A stretch of DNA of 64,000 nucleotides from the IMG/VR virus record IMGVR_UViG_3300037067_018433; one strand, written 5' to 3'. How positions within the stretch are numbered: position 1 is the stretch's first letter; every line of letters starts with the position of its first letter. Both the position numbers and the translations under genes were made by a program. The notes beneath the pieces were generated by a model. The model had not been told where the DNA came from, made no database searches, and worked only from the letters and a program-made list of their open reading frames with translations. Of the stretch, positions 46,789-56,497 are shown one piece after another. This DNA is from a virus. Lineage: Duplodnaviria; Caudoviricetes.

Positions 46789-47069
46789 TCACGGTACTCC
46801 TGATCTGACTCCAGCCGGCGGATCGCGTTCTTGCAGCGGTCCTCGATGTACTCGAGGTTGGCCTTGGCTTCTTCCAGTCGCGCGTCGATGTCCGCTTCCA
46901 CCGAGCTGATGAACTGCCACCACTTCAGCGTGTTGTGGTAGTGGGAGAAGATGGTCTTGGATCCACTACCACTGAGGTCGGCCGGCAAGTCCAACAGCTT
47001 GTCGGAAGGCGCGTCCAAATCGAGGTCGATCTTGCGCGCCGCCAGCTCCCTCATGGCCTGGGCGTACAT
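46590..47069 (-). CDS. Coiled-coil protein, possibly a UvsY-like recombination mediator
   Basis: Helical heptads; position in the recombination operon; start uncertain. Confidence 0.55.
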   Translation of the reverse strand: MYAQAMRELAARKIDLDLDAPSDKLLDLPADLSGSGSKTIFSHYHNTLKWWQFISSVEADIDARLEEAKANLEYIEDRCKNAIRRLESDQEYREWKQIVVKLKIQQKQLAPKKASLGRQMAMVSRSVEGLKTDYGATQRGGSLGQGPRGGYRGQLPPGL

Positions 47070-47125
47070 CGAGTACGGGAGGCCCTCGCGTGGGGGGTCT
47101 TCGGTGGCCTTCCCCGGGCCTAGCT

Positions 47126-47941
47126 TCAGACCCCCGGATTGGTCTTCGCGCGTTCGGCGCACTTGAGCACCTCCGTCAGTGGGACCGCTTTGTTCCGCGG
47201 GTGAGGGCAAGCAGGGGCGTAGGCGCACGCCCCGCAGCTGTAGCTGTCGTCGGTGCCCGGTGGCATGTTGCCCGCCATCTTGTGCCCCAGCACGGTACTG
47301 GCACGCCTGCGCATCGCGTCCCAGTACGAGTCGGGGATCTTCACGACGACGTGGCGCTCCTCGTACGAGCGCCGGCTGATGTAGATGAACCACACGGCAT
47401 CCAGCTGCAGGCAGTGCTGGTAGACACTTGCCTGCAGCAGGTCCTTCTCTCGCGTCGTGCTCAGGCTGGCGTACTCGGATTCGCCCAGACCCTTGATCTC
47501 GTGCCCGATACGCCAGTTCTTGTACTCGAGCACCGAGTCCCCGCTGCCCGCCAAACACAGGCGCTCCACATCCGGCATGTCCTTCGTGAGCGGGACCTCC
47601 GCCCGGTACTTGAAGACGCCCGAGCGCTTCGCAGTACGCGCGAACGACCGCTGGATCATGCCGTGCAGGATCTTTCCCACACGACCCGCCCGCATGACGT
47701 TGGGTGGGATGGCGGTGTTGAGCCGTGGAATGCCCTCGAACTCCATGGACGCCTTGCGCAAGCAATCAGCGAGCGCGCTGGGGTGGATAGCGGCCGATCG
47801 CTCGGACGCCTGGTCCTCGTCCTCGAACACGTTGACGAAGCGGTAGACGTTGCGCGCCGCCTTGTTGACGACCACCGGCTCGCCCAGCTGGTGCCCCAGC
47901 AGCTCGAGCGCCTTGGTCAACTCCTGTAGGGGGTCGCTCAC
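47126..47941 (-). CDS. Cas4-like PD-(D/E)xK exonuclease
   Basis: PSALADC...H...D...EIK...Q...Y...CGAC...C, a 1+3 Cys arrangement. Confidence 0.8.
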   Translation of the reverse strand: MSDPLQELTKALELLGHQLGEPVVVNKAARNVYRFVNVFEDEDQASERSAAIHPSALADCLRKASMEFEGIPRLNTAIPPNVMRAGRVGKILHGMIQRSFARTAKRSGVFKYRAEVPLTKDMPDVERLCLAGSGDSVLEYKNWRIGHEIKGLGESEYASLSTTREKDLLQASVYQHCLQLDAVWFIYISRRSYEERHVVVKIPDSYWDAMRRRASTVLGHKMAGNMPPGTDDSYSCGACAYAPACPHPRNKAVPLTEVLKCAERAKTNPGV

Positions 47942-48216
47942 GTGTCCTCCTCACGCCACCACTCGATCGCTTTCGATGGGACGTAGTCAGGATCAGGAAC
48001 CGTCCACGTCGTGAAGTTGTTCTCGCAGATGGAGGGGATGAGCTCTTCGACGTATGCGGTAGCCGCCATGTCTGCATCCTCGAACTGTTTAGGGTCGTGG
48101 TGTTTGGGTGCGGCCTGCAGATGGAAGTGGACGTCGGCGGCCCCCGTCGACGTCGGGAACCGGACGTGACACCGGTACCACACCCACCCCTTTTCAAGCG
48201 CCTCAGCCGTTGGCAT
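47938..48216 (-). CDS. Hypothetical protein
   Basis: TGATG coupling. Confidence 0.6.
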   Translation of the reverse strand: MPTAEALEKGWVWYRCHVRFPTSTGAADVHFHLQAAPKHHDPKQFEDADMAATAYVEELIPSICENNFTTWTVPDPDYVPSKAIEWWREEDT

Positions 48217-48422
48217 CACAGGCCCTCCCACAGATCTACGCGGGTAGTGACACCTTTGGAGTCGGTGACGTCGAACAACTGGGCCAGGTTGCCGTCGCTG
48301 TTCCGCTGGATGTCCAGGGCCGCCTTCGCCGCTTCCTTCGGGCTGGTAGCGGTGACGTCGATCTCCCAGCGGACGAGGTAGTCGTGGTTGCGCGGGCGCC
48401 TGGTCTTCTTAGTCTTCGCCAT
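48216..48422 (-). CDS. Small hypothetical protein
   Basis: SD AGGAGG; YLVRWEIDV.A.SP.EAA. Confidence 0.7.
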   Translation of the reverse strand: MAKTKKTRRPRNHDYLVRWEIDVTATSPKEAAKAALDIQRNSDGNLAQLFDVTDSKGVTTRVDLWEGL

Positions 48423-48981
48423 CGGGTCCTCCTGATCGCAGCTCGTCCATCATGTCGTTGAACACGTCCCGCGCCTCGTCGCTTTTCCCGAAGATCGCCG
48501 CGAGGTCTCGTCGGCCTAGAGAATCGTTGAGCGCGCTGCACACAGCGTCCGCCATCGCCTTGCCCATGGTCAAACGCAGCTGTCGGCGCTCCTCATCCTT
48601 CGCCTGCTGCGCCTTCAGCGCGGCTGTGAAGGCCGTGGCCCGCGTCTTCTTGTCGGCCGCCACTTGTTCGGCAGTCGGGTAGCTCCAATCCGCCATCTTC
48701 TTGATGGCGTCCGGGTCATGGTCTCCGTCGAGGAGCACGTGCATATCGAGGTCCGTCGGATTGTCTCCCGACTGGACGTCCACATCGAGTCGATCACGGG
48801 CGTCTGGTCGGAGCAGATCTGCCCCCACATACTCAGCCACCGCGTGACGGAACAAGCACTTCGCAGCGTCCCGAAGTCCGTCGTCGATGTTCCGGTTCAG
48901 GAAATGGTCGCCTAGCTCGTGCTGCACCTGCAGCGCGAATGCTGCAGCCACAACTTCTGGGGGGGTCAGCTGCTTGCTCAT
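48409..48981 (-). CDS. Hypothetical protein
   Basis: SD AGGAG; ATGA coupling to recA. Confidence 0.65.
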   Translation of the reverse strand: MSKQLTPPEVVAAAFALQVQHELGDHFLNRNIDDGLRDAAKCLFRHAVAEYVGADLLRPDARDRLDVDVQSGDNPTDLDMHVLLDGDHDPDAIKKMADWSYPTAEQVAADKKTRATAFTAALKAQQAKDEERRQLRLTMGKAMADAVCSALNDSLGRRDLAAIFGKSDEARDVFNDMMDELRSGGPDGED

Positions 48982-50177
48982 CGTTTCTCCTGTGGTCCCA
49001 GCAGCGGAGGCCGCGGCAGGGTGTTGAGGAGCATCCGGTAGAGACTGAACCACAAAGAGGGATCGGTCCGCATGCGGTTCATCACTTCGACGGATCCCGA
49101 GGCTTCGACCACCACGTTCCCTTCCTGGTCCATGACCTTCGTCTTCGGGCCGGCTTGCACGACGTGGTCGTGGCGCCGGAGCGTCTCGAACAAATCGGAG
49201 ATCACGTCCGGGCCCGACTCGAAGTACATGACGTACTCTCCGTACTGCCCGTCGTGCGTATCACGCTTGGCCTTGGTGAGCTCCCAGCCGATGGTCTTCC
49301 CGACCTTGGGCTCCCCCTGGAGCGGCAGCTTGCCCTTGTTCTGCAACTGCAGGTCCATGGTGTTGTAGTGTCGACGGGCGAAGGCCCCGTGCTTGGTACT
49401 CCACTTGCGTGCCTGCCAGCCGCCCGTGGCCAGGTTGGCGCGCGCCTGACCCACGATCACCAGGGTCGGGCGGTCGAGTCCCCCCAGTCGGTGGCAGACG
49501 CTGGTGTACTTCTTCACGAACTCGGTATCCAGCTGCGCCATCGGGAGCCCGGACCCGCCCTCGATCTGCATGTCGGACGCTATCTCGCCGGCCTTGGCCC
49601 GCTGCTCGACGAAGTCCTTGGGCATCAGGCCATCGATGGAGTTGATGATGATCAGCTGGCAGAGGTTGGACTTGGCGGTGAGCAGCACCTTCCGGTACAT
49701 CGACTCGGCTTCGGTGGTCTGGCAGAACAGCACTTCGCCGATCTGGGACTGCAGATCCGCCCGCATCTCACCACTCAGCTTGGCGCCCAGCGACGCTTCG
49801 TAGTTGTCGATGTCCTCCTCGCCCAGCGCTACGCGCACGCCCATCTTGCGCGCCCACAGCTTGTCGAAGCCTGAGGGCTCGGTGTACCCGATGAAGATCC
49901 CGGACTTCTCGCCGTACAAAAACTGGTTCATCTTCATCAGGCAGTTGAGCAACGCGTCCTTGCCCACGCCCTCCTGCCCGTCGAGCTGGTTGATGGTGCC
50001 CGACGGGAAGCCTCCGGCCAGCGCCAGGTCCACGGACGCGACGCCCGTAGGTCGGCGCAGCGGTGTGGGGTCCACCATGTTCGAGGCGCGCGTGACCTTC
50101 ACGTCCCCCTGGTTCAGCAGCGACAGGAGGGCATCGATCGGAGTTGCAGGCTCCTTCTCCTTCTTTTTACGTTGCAT
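48978..50177 (-). CDS. recA: RecA-like recombinase with variant Walker motifs
   Basis: PTG..SVDLAL.GGFPSG...GQEGVGKD; ARKMGV; IIINSIDGLMPK; GQAR. Confidence 0.8.
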   Translation of the reverse strand: MQRKKKEKEPATPIDALLSLLNQGDVKVTRASNMVDPTPLRRPTGVASVDLALAGGFPSGTINQLDGQEGVGKDALLNCLMKMNQFLYGEKSGIFIGYTEPSGFDKLWARKMGVRVALGEEDIDNYEASLGAKLSGEMRADLQSQIGEVLFCQTTEAESMYRKVLLTAKSNLCQLIIINSIDGLMPKDFVEQRAKAGEIASDMQIEGGSGLPMAQLDTEFVKKYTSVCHRLGGLDRPTLVIVGQARANLATGGWQARKWSTKHGAFARRHYNTMDLQLQNKGKLPLQGEPKVGKTIGWELTKAKRDTHDGQYGEYVMYFESGPDVISDLFETLRRHDHVVQAGPKTKVMDQEGNVVVEASGSVEVMNRMRTDPSLWFSLYRMLLNTLPRPPLLGPQEKR

Positions 50178-50325
50178 CGTGGTGCTCCTCTTCGATGTAC
50201 TCCGTCCCGTGGACCGGGCACCGTGGGATGCTGTCTGGGTCCCTGGTGTCCAGGACGAGCAGCGCCCCGCACTTCGGGCACTTGCCGTCGGGTGGTGCCT
50301 TGATCTGCACGTTCAGCTTTTCCAT
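50167..50325 (-). CDS. 52-aa Zn-finger protein
   Basis: MEKLNVQIKAPPDGKCPKCGALL...RCPVHG; fills the polA-recA gap. Confidence 0.65.
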   Translation of the reverse strand: MEKLNVQIKAPPDGKCPKCGALLVLDTRDPDSIPRCPVHGTEYIEEEHHDAT

Positions 50326-52278
50326 CTAGCCCTTCGCTTCCTTCCAGTTGGGGCCGATACCGCCGTCGGCCGTGATGTCCACAGGCAAATGGATGCCCAT
50401 GTCTTCTTGCGGGTTGGTCGCCAGCTTCAGGCAGCGGGCTAGCGCTTCCTTCGCCACGCTGTCCTCCGCGGTGCTCACCAGCTCGTCGTGCACCGGGGCC
50501 TGCGGAACGAACGCGATGCTTCGTAGGTCCGGGTCACGCCAGATGCGGATCTGGATGAGCTTCATCAGGTCTGCGGCGGCCCCCTGGATCTCGGAGTTCA
50601 CCGCTTGGCGACACGCCTCGTTCCAGTCGGGGCTCCGCATCTGCTTCATCAGTTCCCACTCGGGAACATTGAAGTTGAGCTTTCCCGCCGGCAGCTGCCG
50701 ACGCCAGCCCAGGAGCGTCGTCACGTACCCGGTCTCGGACACGAACGCCTTGGTCCGCTCGATGAACTTGCCCACGCCCGGGAACCTGTCCAGCCACTTC
50801 CGCTGCAGGCCCCGGGCGTACTCCAGGTTCTCGTCACGGTCGGTCGACGGCAGCTTGTGCAGCTGGGTGATGAGCTTCCACTCGGTCTCCCCGTACAGCA
50901 GCCCGAAGCCCGTGCGCTTCTTGTCGTTGCGCTCGTCCTCGAGCTCCTGCTGGTGAGGGGTTCTCTTCTTGGTCTTGTGCGCCTCGTTGACCTCCTCGTA
51001 CGGGACGCCCTCCATCATCTCGACGGTCTTGCTGTGGACGTCGATGCCGTCGCGGAACAGTTGGATCATCACCTCGTCGCCGGACAAGGCCGCCGCCAGC
51101 TTCAGCTCGACCTGCTCGAGGTCGAAGTCCAGCACCTTCCACCCCGGTGGGGCGATGAACAGGTTCCTGAACGCCTTCGGAATGTTCTGGAGGTTGGGGG
51201 CCGATGATGACAAGCGCCCCGTTCGAGCACCTCCTTGGTTGAACGACGTGTGCAGGCGGCTGAAGGGATCGAGCTGCTTCCGCAGGCCCGTGGTGTACGT
51301 GCCCAGCTGCTTCACCGCGTCCCGCGAGTCCAGGACCGCCTGGACCAGCTCGTGGTTCACGTTCGGCAGCTTGAGCCACGCTTCGAGCACGTCCACGTCC
51401 AGCGACGGGCTCTTGATCCCCTTCTTCCCGCCGCCCGTGAACTTGACCGGCGGGTACTTCAGCTTGTCGAAGAACAGCTCTCCCAGCTGCTTGGGGGAGT
51501 TGAGGTTGACCGGGTACCCGGCCAGGGCCGACACCTTGCGCGACTGCTCGTCGATCTCCTGCTGGAGGGGACCCGCCAGCGAGCTCATCTTGTCGACGTC
51601 GATGAGCGAGCCGGCACGCTCGTACTCGTACAGGATGCGGGTCATGGGGATCTCGATGGTCTTGTACAGCTCCCACTGGTTTCCGACCAGGGGATTCGGC
51701 GTGGCGATCAGTCGCCGGCGTAGCTCGTCGGCGTTCACCCCCGTCATCCACGCGTCCATCGTGGCGTAGCCCATGACCTTGGTGCGGTTGTCGGGGTTGA
51801 GCAGCGCCATCACCAGGTCTTCCTTGCCGAAGACGTCGCGGAAGGTCCCCCAGTCGGTGTACCGAGGATCGTAGCGCTCGTACAGCCCGTCCTTGGACAG
51901 GTACTTGAGGTCGTGGTGGGGACGCGCGCTGTTCTCGCGCATGCTGCCTACGGCGCAATCGAAGATGGGGTCGGCCACTTTGATCCCGATGTTGGCCAAC
52001 CGGTGCATGTCGAACTTCGCGTTCTGCATGTCCTTGAGCTTGCCGCCCAGCAGTAGCGGATTGAGGATGGGGATGAGGATGCTGGGCAGGCAGACCCGCC
52101 GGTTCCCGCAGGCTAGAGACATGATCAGGACCTTGTCCTTCCACGAGAAGTCCTTGCCGTTGGTCTCGGTATCGAACGCGAACGTCTCGTAGTGGTCGGC
52201 GTACTCCAGGAACTCCTGGACCTCGCGCTCGGTACCGAGGTACTCGGGGACCGGAACCTGCCCGCCCAGCGATTCCAT
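50326..52278 (-). CDS. polA: Family A DNA polymerase with 3'-5' exonuclease
   Basis: FDTET, NAKFD, TGRLSS..PNLQNIP, DLEQVEL, R...K...FGLLYG, VHDEL. Confidence 0.95.
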   Translation of the reverse strand: MESLGGQVPVPEYLGTEREVQEFLEYADHYETFAFDTETNGKDFSWKDKVLIMSLACGNRRVCLPSILIPILNPLLLGGKLKDMQNAKFDMHRLANIGIKVADPIFDCAVGSMRENSARPHHDLKYLSKDGLYERYDPRYTDWGTFRDVFGKEDLVMALLNPDNRTKVMGYATMDAWMTGVNADELRRRLIATPNPLVGNQWELYKTIEIPMTRILYEYERAGSLIDVDKMSSLAGPLQQEIDEQSRKVSALAGYPVNLNSPKQLGELFFDKLKYPPVKFTGGGKKGIKSPSLDVDVLEAWLKLPNVNHELVQAVLDSRDAVKQLGTYTTGLRKQLDPFSRLHTSFNQGGARTGRLSSSAPNLQNIPKAFRNLFIAPPGWKVLDFDLEQVELKLAAALSGDEVMIQLFRDGIDVHSKTVEMMEGVPYEEVNEAHKTKKRTPHQQELEDERNDKKRTGFGLLYGETEWKLITQLHKLPSTDRDENLEYARGLQRKWLDRFPGVGKFIERTKAFVSETGYVTTLLGWRRQLPAGKLNFNVPEWELMKQMRSPDWNEACRQAVNSEIQGAAADLMKLIQIRIWRDPDLRSIAFVPQAPVHDELVSTAEDSVAKEALARCLKLATNPQEDMGIHLPVDITADGGIGPNWKEAKG

Positions 52279-52281
52279 CAG

Positions 52282-53628
52282 CTACTCCAGGTCATCGGCG
52301 GTGAGGGGGTCGTCTTCATCCTCCTCGACCGGAGGTGCCTGGCCGATGGCCGCGAGCATCGGGTTGGCAGTAGACGCCGCGGGGGACGCCATGTACGGGG
52401 GCATGGGAGCCGCGACCGGCGGCGCCTGCGGAGTCGCGGGCTGCGGCGGAGGCAGCTGTGCCTGGAGGAACGGAGGGAGGGGCGCCGGCGCCGGGGGAGT
52501 TGCAGGAGCGCCCACTGTTGACGGCAGGCCGCTGCGCGGCTGTGCGTTGGGATCCGCACCGAGACCACCGGCCGTGACGTTGATGCCGAACTGCTTCTTG
52601 ATGCGTTTCTGCAGCGAGGCAGGCGGTAGCGCCGCGTAGATGGTGGGCAGATCGTACGGCGTGATGGTCATGCCGCGATCCGCCAGGGACTTGACGTACT
52701 CCTGCTGGATATCGCTGGTCATCGGCTTGCCGTCAGGTCCCAGCAGCACCTGGACCTCGATGGTCCCGGGCTTGTTCTTCGCCGGGTCGATGGGACGGCG
52801 GAACTGGAGGTTCACGTCGAACACGGTCAGCGGGCGCGGGGTCGCGCAGCCCTTGCACTGGATGAGCTTGTGGTACGTGTGATTGCGCGTGTTGCAGTGG
52901 GGGCACACGCCGCCGTTGGTCAGCAAGCGCAGGAACTCGGCGTCCGACAACCCGCTGGTGTCGACGCTTGCCACGATCTGGTTGCAGTTGTTGCAGGCCG
53001 CGGCGTACACGGTGATGCGCCCGCCGCACTTGCAGTAGTCGCCCAGCTGGTCGTCCAGGGTCTCCAGCGCCTCCTGGTCCTGGCGCCCGAACTCGATGTG
53101 TCCGTAGTAGCCCAGGACGCGAGGCAGCTGCTGGTTGCAGAACGGGCAGTTCGTGTTGGTGGACGTCTGCTGGCACTGCTTCCAGTTCGTCATGATCTTG
53201 CCCTGGCGTGCCTTCTCGGGGTTGCTGTGCGGGAGCTTCTGCTCGTGATAGAAGTGCAGGCCCAGCATGTTGTACGCGAAGCGCGCCATCACGCTGTCGT
53301 GATCGGGTACCATGCACGCCAAACACAGCTCGTACGACGCGAAGTCGTTGAGTCCGCGTCCGCAGATCACGAAGCCCTTCTTGCCCGTACGGGTCTCGGG
53401 CCAGAAGTGGGAGTTGAAGCGCCAGAACGGAAGGTCCATGTTCTCATGCCGCGTCGGGTCGTACCAGACGTCCGTCGGGTACTGTCCGGGGATGAGCTTC
53501 GCCGGCGTCCAGACCATGGTATCGAGGAACATCCGGTTGTACTTTCCCTTGACGTCCCCCCGGTAGCTCTTCTGCTGGTTCTCGCGGAACTTCCGGGAAG
53601 CACTCGCGTAGTCGTACGGCGTATTCAT
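52282..53628 (-). CDS. gp32-like single-stranded DNA-binding protein with extra Zn ribbons
   Basis: H...C...CLAC motif, further CxxC pairs, Pro-rich linker, acidic tail EEDEDDPLTADDLE; lies between primase and polA. Confidence 0.6.
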   Translation of the reverse strand: MNTPYDYASASRKFRENQQKSYRGDVKGKYNRMFLDTMVWTPAKLIPGQYPTDVWYDPTRHENMDLPFWRFNSHFWPETRTGKKGFVICGRGLNDFASYELCLACMVPDHDSVMARFAYNMLGLHFYHEQKLPHSNPEKARQGKIMTNWKQCQQTSTNTNCPFCNQQLPRVLGYYGHIEFGRQDQEALETLDDQLGDYCKCGGRITVYAAACNNCNQIVASVDTSGLSDAEFLRLLTNGGVCPHCNTRNHTYHKLIQCKGCATPRPLTVFDVNLQFRRPIDPAKNKPGTIEVQVLLGPDGKPMTSDIQQEYVKSLADRGMTITPYDLPTIYAALPPASLQKRIKKQFGINVTAGGLGADPNAQPRSGLPSTVGAPATPPAPAPLPPFLQAQLPPPQPATPQAPPVAAPMPPYMASPAASTANPMLAAIGQAPPVEEDEDDPLTADDLE

Positions 53629-54560
53629 GATCTCACCTTTCTCTGGCCGACAACAGCGGCCAGTTGCTGTGCGTTCAGGTCGTCCGGTTGGATGTCCGGA
53701 TTGTCGTCCTCGTAGTTCAGGAGATCGACCAGCGGTCCCATGCGCTCGAGCAGCCGCATGTACAACCGCCGCGATGCGTCTCTGCCCGCACGGTCGTTGT
53801 CGTACAGGATCCACACGGGCCGGTAGACGGCTACGATCAGTTCCACTTGTTCGGGGGTGAACCCTACACCCTGCGTGGCGACCACCGGATACCCAAGCTG
53901 GTGCACCCACATGGCCGCCTTGTAGCCCTCGACGATGCCGTAGGGACCGGTCGGCGGCAGCAGGTTGAACCCCCACAGGTGGTTTCGGTGCCCCTGGTCA
54001 GTGCCGGGCTTGATGCCCACTTCGTCTTCGTACAGCTTGTACTTGGGGATCGTATCCTTGTCGACGGCCCCTCCGACGATCGCCACCAGGCCTCCGTGGC
54101 GGTCGTACACCGGGTACGTCACCCGGCGCTCGTTGAGGTCGTACCCCACCTGGAACCGGTCCAGCGTGCGAACCTTGAACCCGGCGTTCAGCAGGTTCCG
54201 CGGCAGGTTGGACTGGAACACGCCAACCATTGCCGCGAGGCTACCGATCCTCTCTTCCACCTCCTCGTCTGTCGTCTTCGGGCGAGCCGGCCGCATCTGC
54301 TTGAGCGCCCGGGCGAATGTCTTGGCCCCCTCCCGGTCCATGCCCCGACGGGACAAGAACTGGTCGAGCCACTCGTTGTACCCACAGGTGAAGCAGATCA
54401 CTTTACCTGTGTCCAGGTACACGCTCATGCTAGGGTGACGCTCGGTACCCGGGGCGTTCACCGGATGGAACGGGCAGTACACGGAGACCCGGTTGGGTAG
54501 CGTGCGGTGGACCCGCACGTACCCTTCCAGCATCTGGGCGATTTCCGACCCGTCGGCCAT
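53625..54560 (-). CDS. DnaG-like DNA primase
   Basis: CPFH...CFTC Zn finger; TOPRIM IVEGY and YDND. Confidence 0.85.
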   Translation of the reverse strand: MADGSEIAQMLEGYVRVHRTLPNRVSVYCPFHPVNAPGTERHPSMSVYLDTGKVICFTCGYNEWLDQFLSRRGMDREGAKTFARALKQMRPARPKTTDEEVEERIGSLAAMVGVFQSNLPRNLLNAGFKVRTLDRFQVGYDLNERRVTYPVYDRHGGLVAIVGGAVDKDTIPKYKLYEDEVGIKPGTDQGHRNHLWGFNLLPPTGPYGIVEGYKAAMWVHQLGYPVVATQGVGFTPEQVELIVAVYRPVWILYDNDRAGRDASRRLYMRLLERMGPLVDLLNYEDDNPDIQPDDLNAQQLAAVVGQRKVRS

Positions 54561-55948
54561 CAGTCCTTCTTCACCTTGGCCGCGTGCCCGGCGCGGCTTG
54601 CTCCACCGAGGCTGTTGGTCGGCGGCCGTGCGGCGTCCAACGGATCCTCGTCGACCTCCTTGCGCAAGAGGCTCTTCAGCTTCTTGTAGTCGTCCACGCG
54701 CTCGCACCAGTCGGTCATGCCCTCGCAGAACGCGCCGCTGACCAGGAACCCTGGGAGCTCGAACTCGCGGGCCCCCGTTGGCTGGAGCAGCAGCTGTCGG
54801 GCGCCGGAGCGGTCCGCCCGGATCTTGGTGATGCGCAACGTCATGTCCGCGTCCTGGCCCAGGGCGTCGGCGTTGGCGATGTCCCGCTGGGAGTCCACCG
54901 GGACGTCCTTCTCTCCTTCGCGGTTCGCCTGGTGCGTGACGATCACCGGCACGTTCAGGGACAGCGCCAACTGCTTGGCGTCGGAACTGAGGTTGCTGAT
55001 GACCGTCCATTCACGGCTTCGCTTGCCCGTTCGGACGTCTGCCGCGTGCAGCAGCCCGTCGATGAACACGGCGATGGCCCCCGTGTCGCGCGCCGCCTGC
55101 TCGACATCCAACAGGCTGTACGCCTTCTTGCGACGGGCAGGGCTGATGGCGGGTCCCGCGAACACGATCTCACGACCCAGCTTTTCCGAGTACCGGATGT
55201 CGGCCAGTGCATCGCCCAGCGTCTGGTACTCCGTGGGCGACAGCAGCCCCTTGTTGAACCGTCCGTAGTCGACCTTGGCCCGGATGCAGGCCAGCCGGTT
55301 CATGAGCTGGTTCCTGCTCATCTCGAAGCTGACGAACAGCACCCGACCCTCGCGCTGCTGGCTGATGTGGTTGAGCACGTGCAGCAGCTCGAACGTCTTC
55401 CCGCTCTTCGGGCGCCCGTAGAGCACGATGAAGTCCGTGGGCTGGATGCCTCGCGTCTCGGTGTTGAGCACCGGCCACGGATAGGGGAGTCCGGTGATGG
55501 TGGCGTCCTTTCCCCGTTCGTACCACGCCAGGGGCTCAGCGGACATGCCACCGGCGGTGACCGTCGTGTTCGGCTGGTGGTCGTACAGGAGCGTGCGCAT
55601 CTGGGTGATGGCCTCTTGCACGGCTTGTGGTGTGGTGAGCGTCTTGGATTGCAGTGCAGCCAGCTGCACGGCCACCTGACGCTGGAGCGACAGGCCGATC
55701 AGTTCCGCGGCCACGGCCGCCGGCGACACGTCCGGCGGCGCGGGCTCCGGGATGACACCCGGGTTCTGGCGCACGAACTCGCTCAGGGTCGGGAGCGACG
55801 AGTACTCGGCCCGGTGCTCGACCAGGTACTTGAACGCCTGCTGCACGCCGGGCATGCCCAGGTGCTCGGCTCGTAGTCCGCCGCTCAGCAGCTCGTCCAG
55901 GCACCGGCGTTCCAGCACCATTCCCAACATCGACAACTCAGGATTCAA
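54560..55948 (-). CDS. DnaB-like replicative helicase
   Basis: GRPKSGKT, FVSFEMS, FIDG, HQANR, QDAD. Confidence 0.9.
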   Translation of the reverse strand: MNPELSMLGMVLERRCLDELLSGGLRAEHLGMPGVQQAFKYLVEHRAEYSSLPTLSEFVRQNPGVIPEPAPPDVSPAAVAAELIGLSLQRQVAVQLAALQSKTLTTPQAVQEAITQMRTLLYDHQPNTTVTAGGMSAEPLAWYERGKDATITGLPYPWPVLNTETRGIQPTDFIVLYGRPKSGKTFELLHVLNHISQQREGRVLFVSFEMSRNQLMNRLACIRAKVDYGRFNKGLLSPTEYQTLGDALADIRYSEKLGREIVFAGPAISPARRKKAYSLLDVEQAARDTGAIAVFIDGLLHAADVRTGKRSREWTVISNLSSDAKQLALSLNVPVIVTHQANREGEKDVPVDSQRDIANADALGQDADMTLRITKIRADRSGARQLLLQPTGAREFELPGFLVSGAFCEGMTDWCERVDDYKKLKSLLRKEVDEDPLDAARPPTNSLGGASRAGHAAKVKKD

Positions 55949-55962
55949 GCGATCCTCCCTTC

Positions 55963-56289
55963 TCAGAACTGTTGCAGGTCCTTGTCCTTCCGTAGGGCAC
56001 TGGCGATGTCCGCCGGCTCCTCGAGATCCGGGGGCAGCGTCATCGTCGTGCCGCCCGGTCCCAGGTTCTGCCCCATGGCTTTCTCCACCAGCTCGACCAG
56101 CGTCGTGGCGGCGTCGACCACCTCTCTAGGCCAGGTCGTCGTCTGGGAGTAGCCCGCCTGCCCCGGCGGCCCGATCCCATTTCGGTTCTTCAACACCGCC
56201 TGGGCATCCAGCGTCAGGCCCTGGGACGTCATCCGCAGCTCCAGGCGCACCAACGCCAACACGTCCAACTTCAGCACGCCTTCGTACAT
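55963..56289 (-). CDS. Hypothetical protein
   Basis: GGAGG upstream of the ATG at 56289. Confidence 0.6.
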   Translation of the reverse strand: MYEGVLKLDVLALVRLELRMTSQGLTLDAQAVLKNRNGIGPPGQAGYSQTTTWPREVVDAATTLVELVEKAMGQNLGPGGTTMTLPPDLEEPADIASALRKDKDLQQF

Positions 56290-56497
56290 AGTCCAACACC
56301 TCCAGTGCATAGGGTGTGGCACCCTCCGCTACGTGCCGCGCCACGTTGTACAAGTACGTCAGGTGAACAGCGGCCTTCGCCTGATCAGAGAAGTCGACAG
56401 CCTCTTCCACCTCCGCGCCCGCCTCGATGGAGCTGTACGCCGGTAGATCCGGGTGTTCCGGCGTATGACGGGCGCGGATGACGACTCGGATGATCAC
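56126..56497 (-). CDS. Hypothetical protein
   Basis: GTGA coupling, but a long overlap with the next gene. Confidence 0.45.
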   Translation of the reverse strand: MIIRVVIRARHTPEHPDLPAYSSIEAGAEVEEAVDFSDQAKAAVHLTYLYNVARHVAEGATPYALEVLDYVRRRAEVGRVGVGAPGAADDVPGPDAGCPGGVEEPKWDRAAGAGGLLPDDDLA

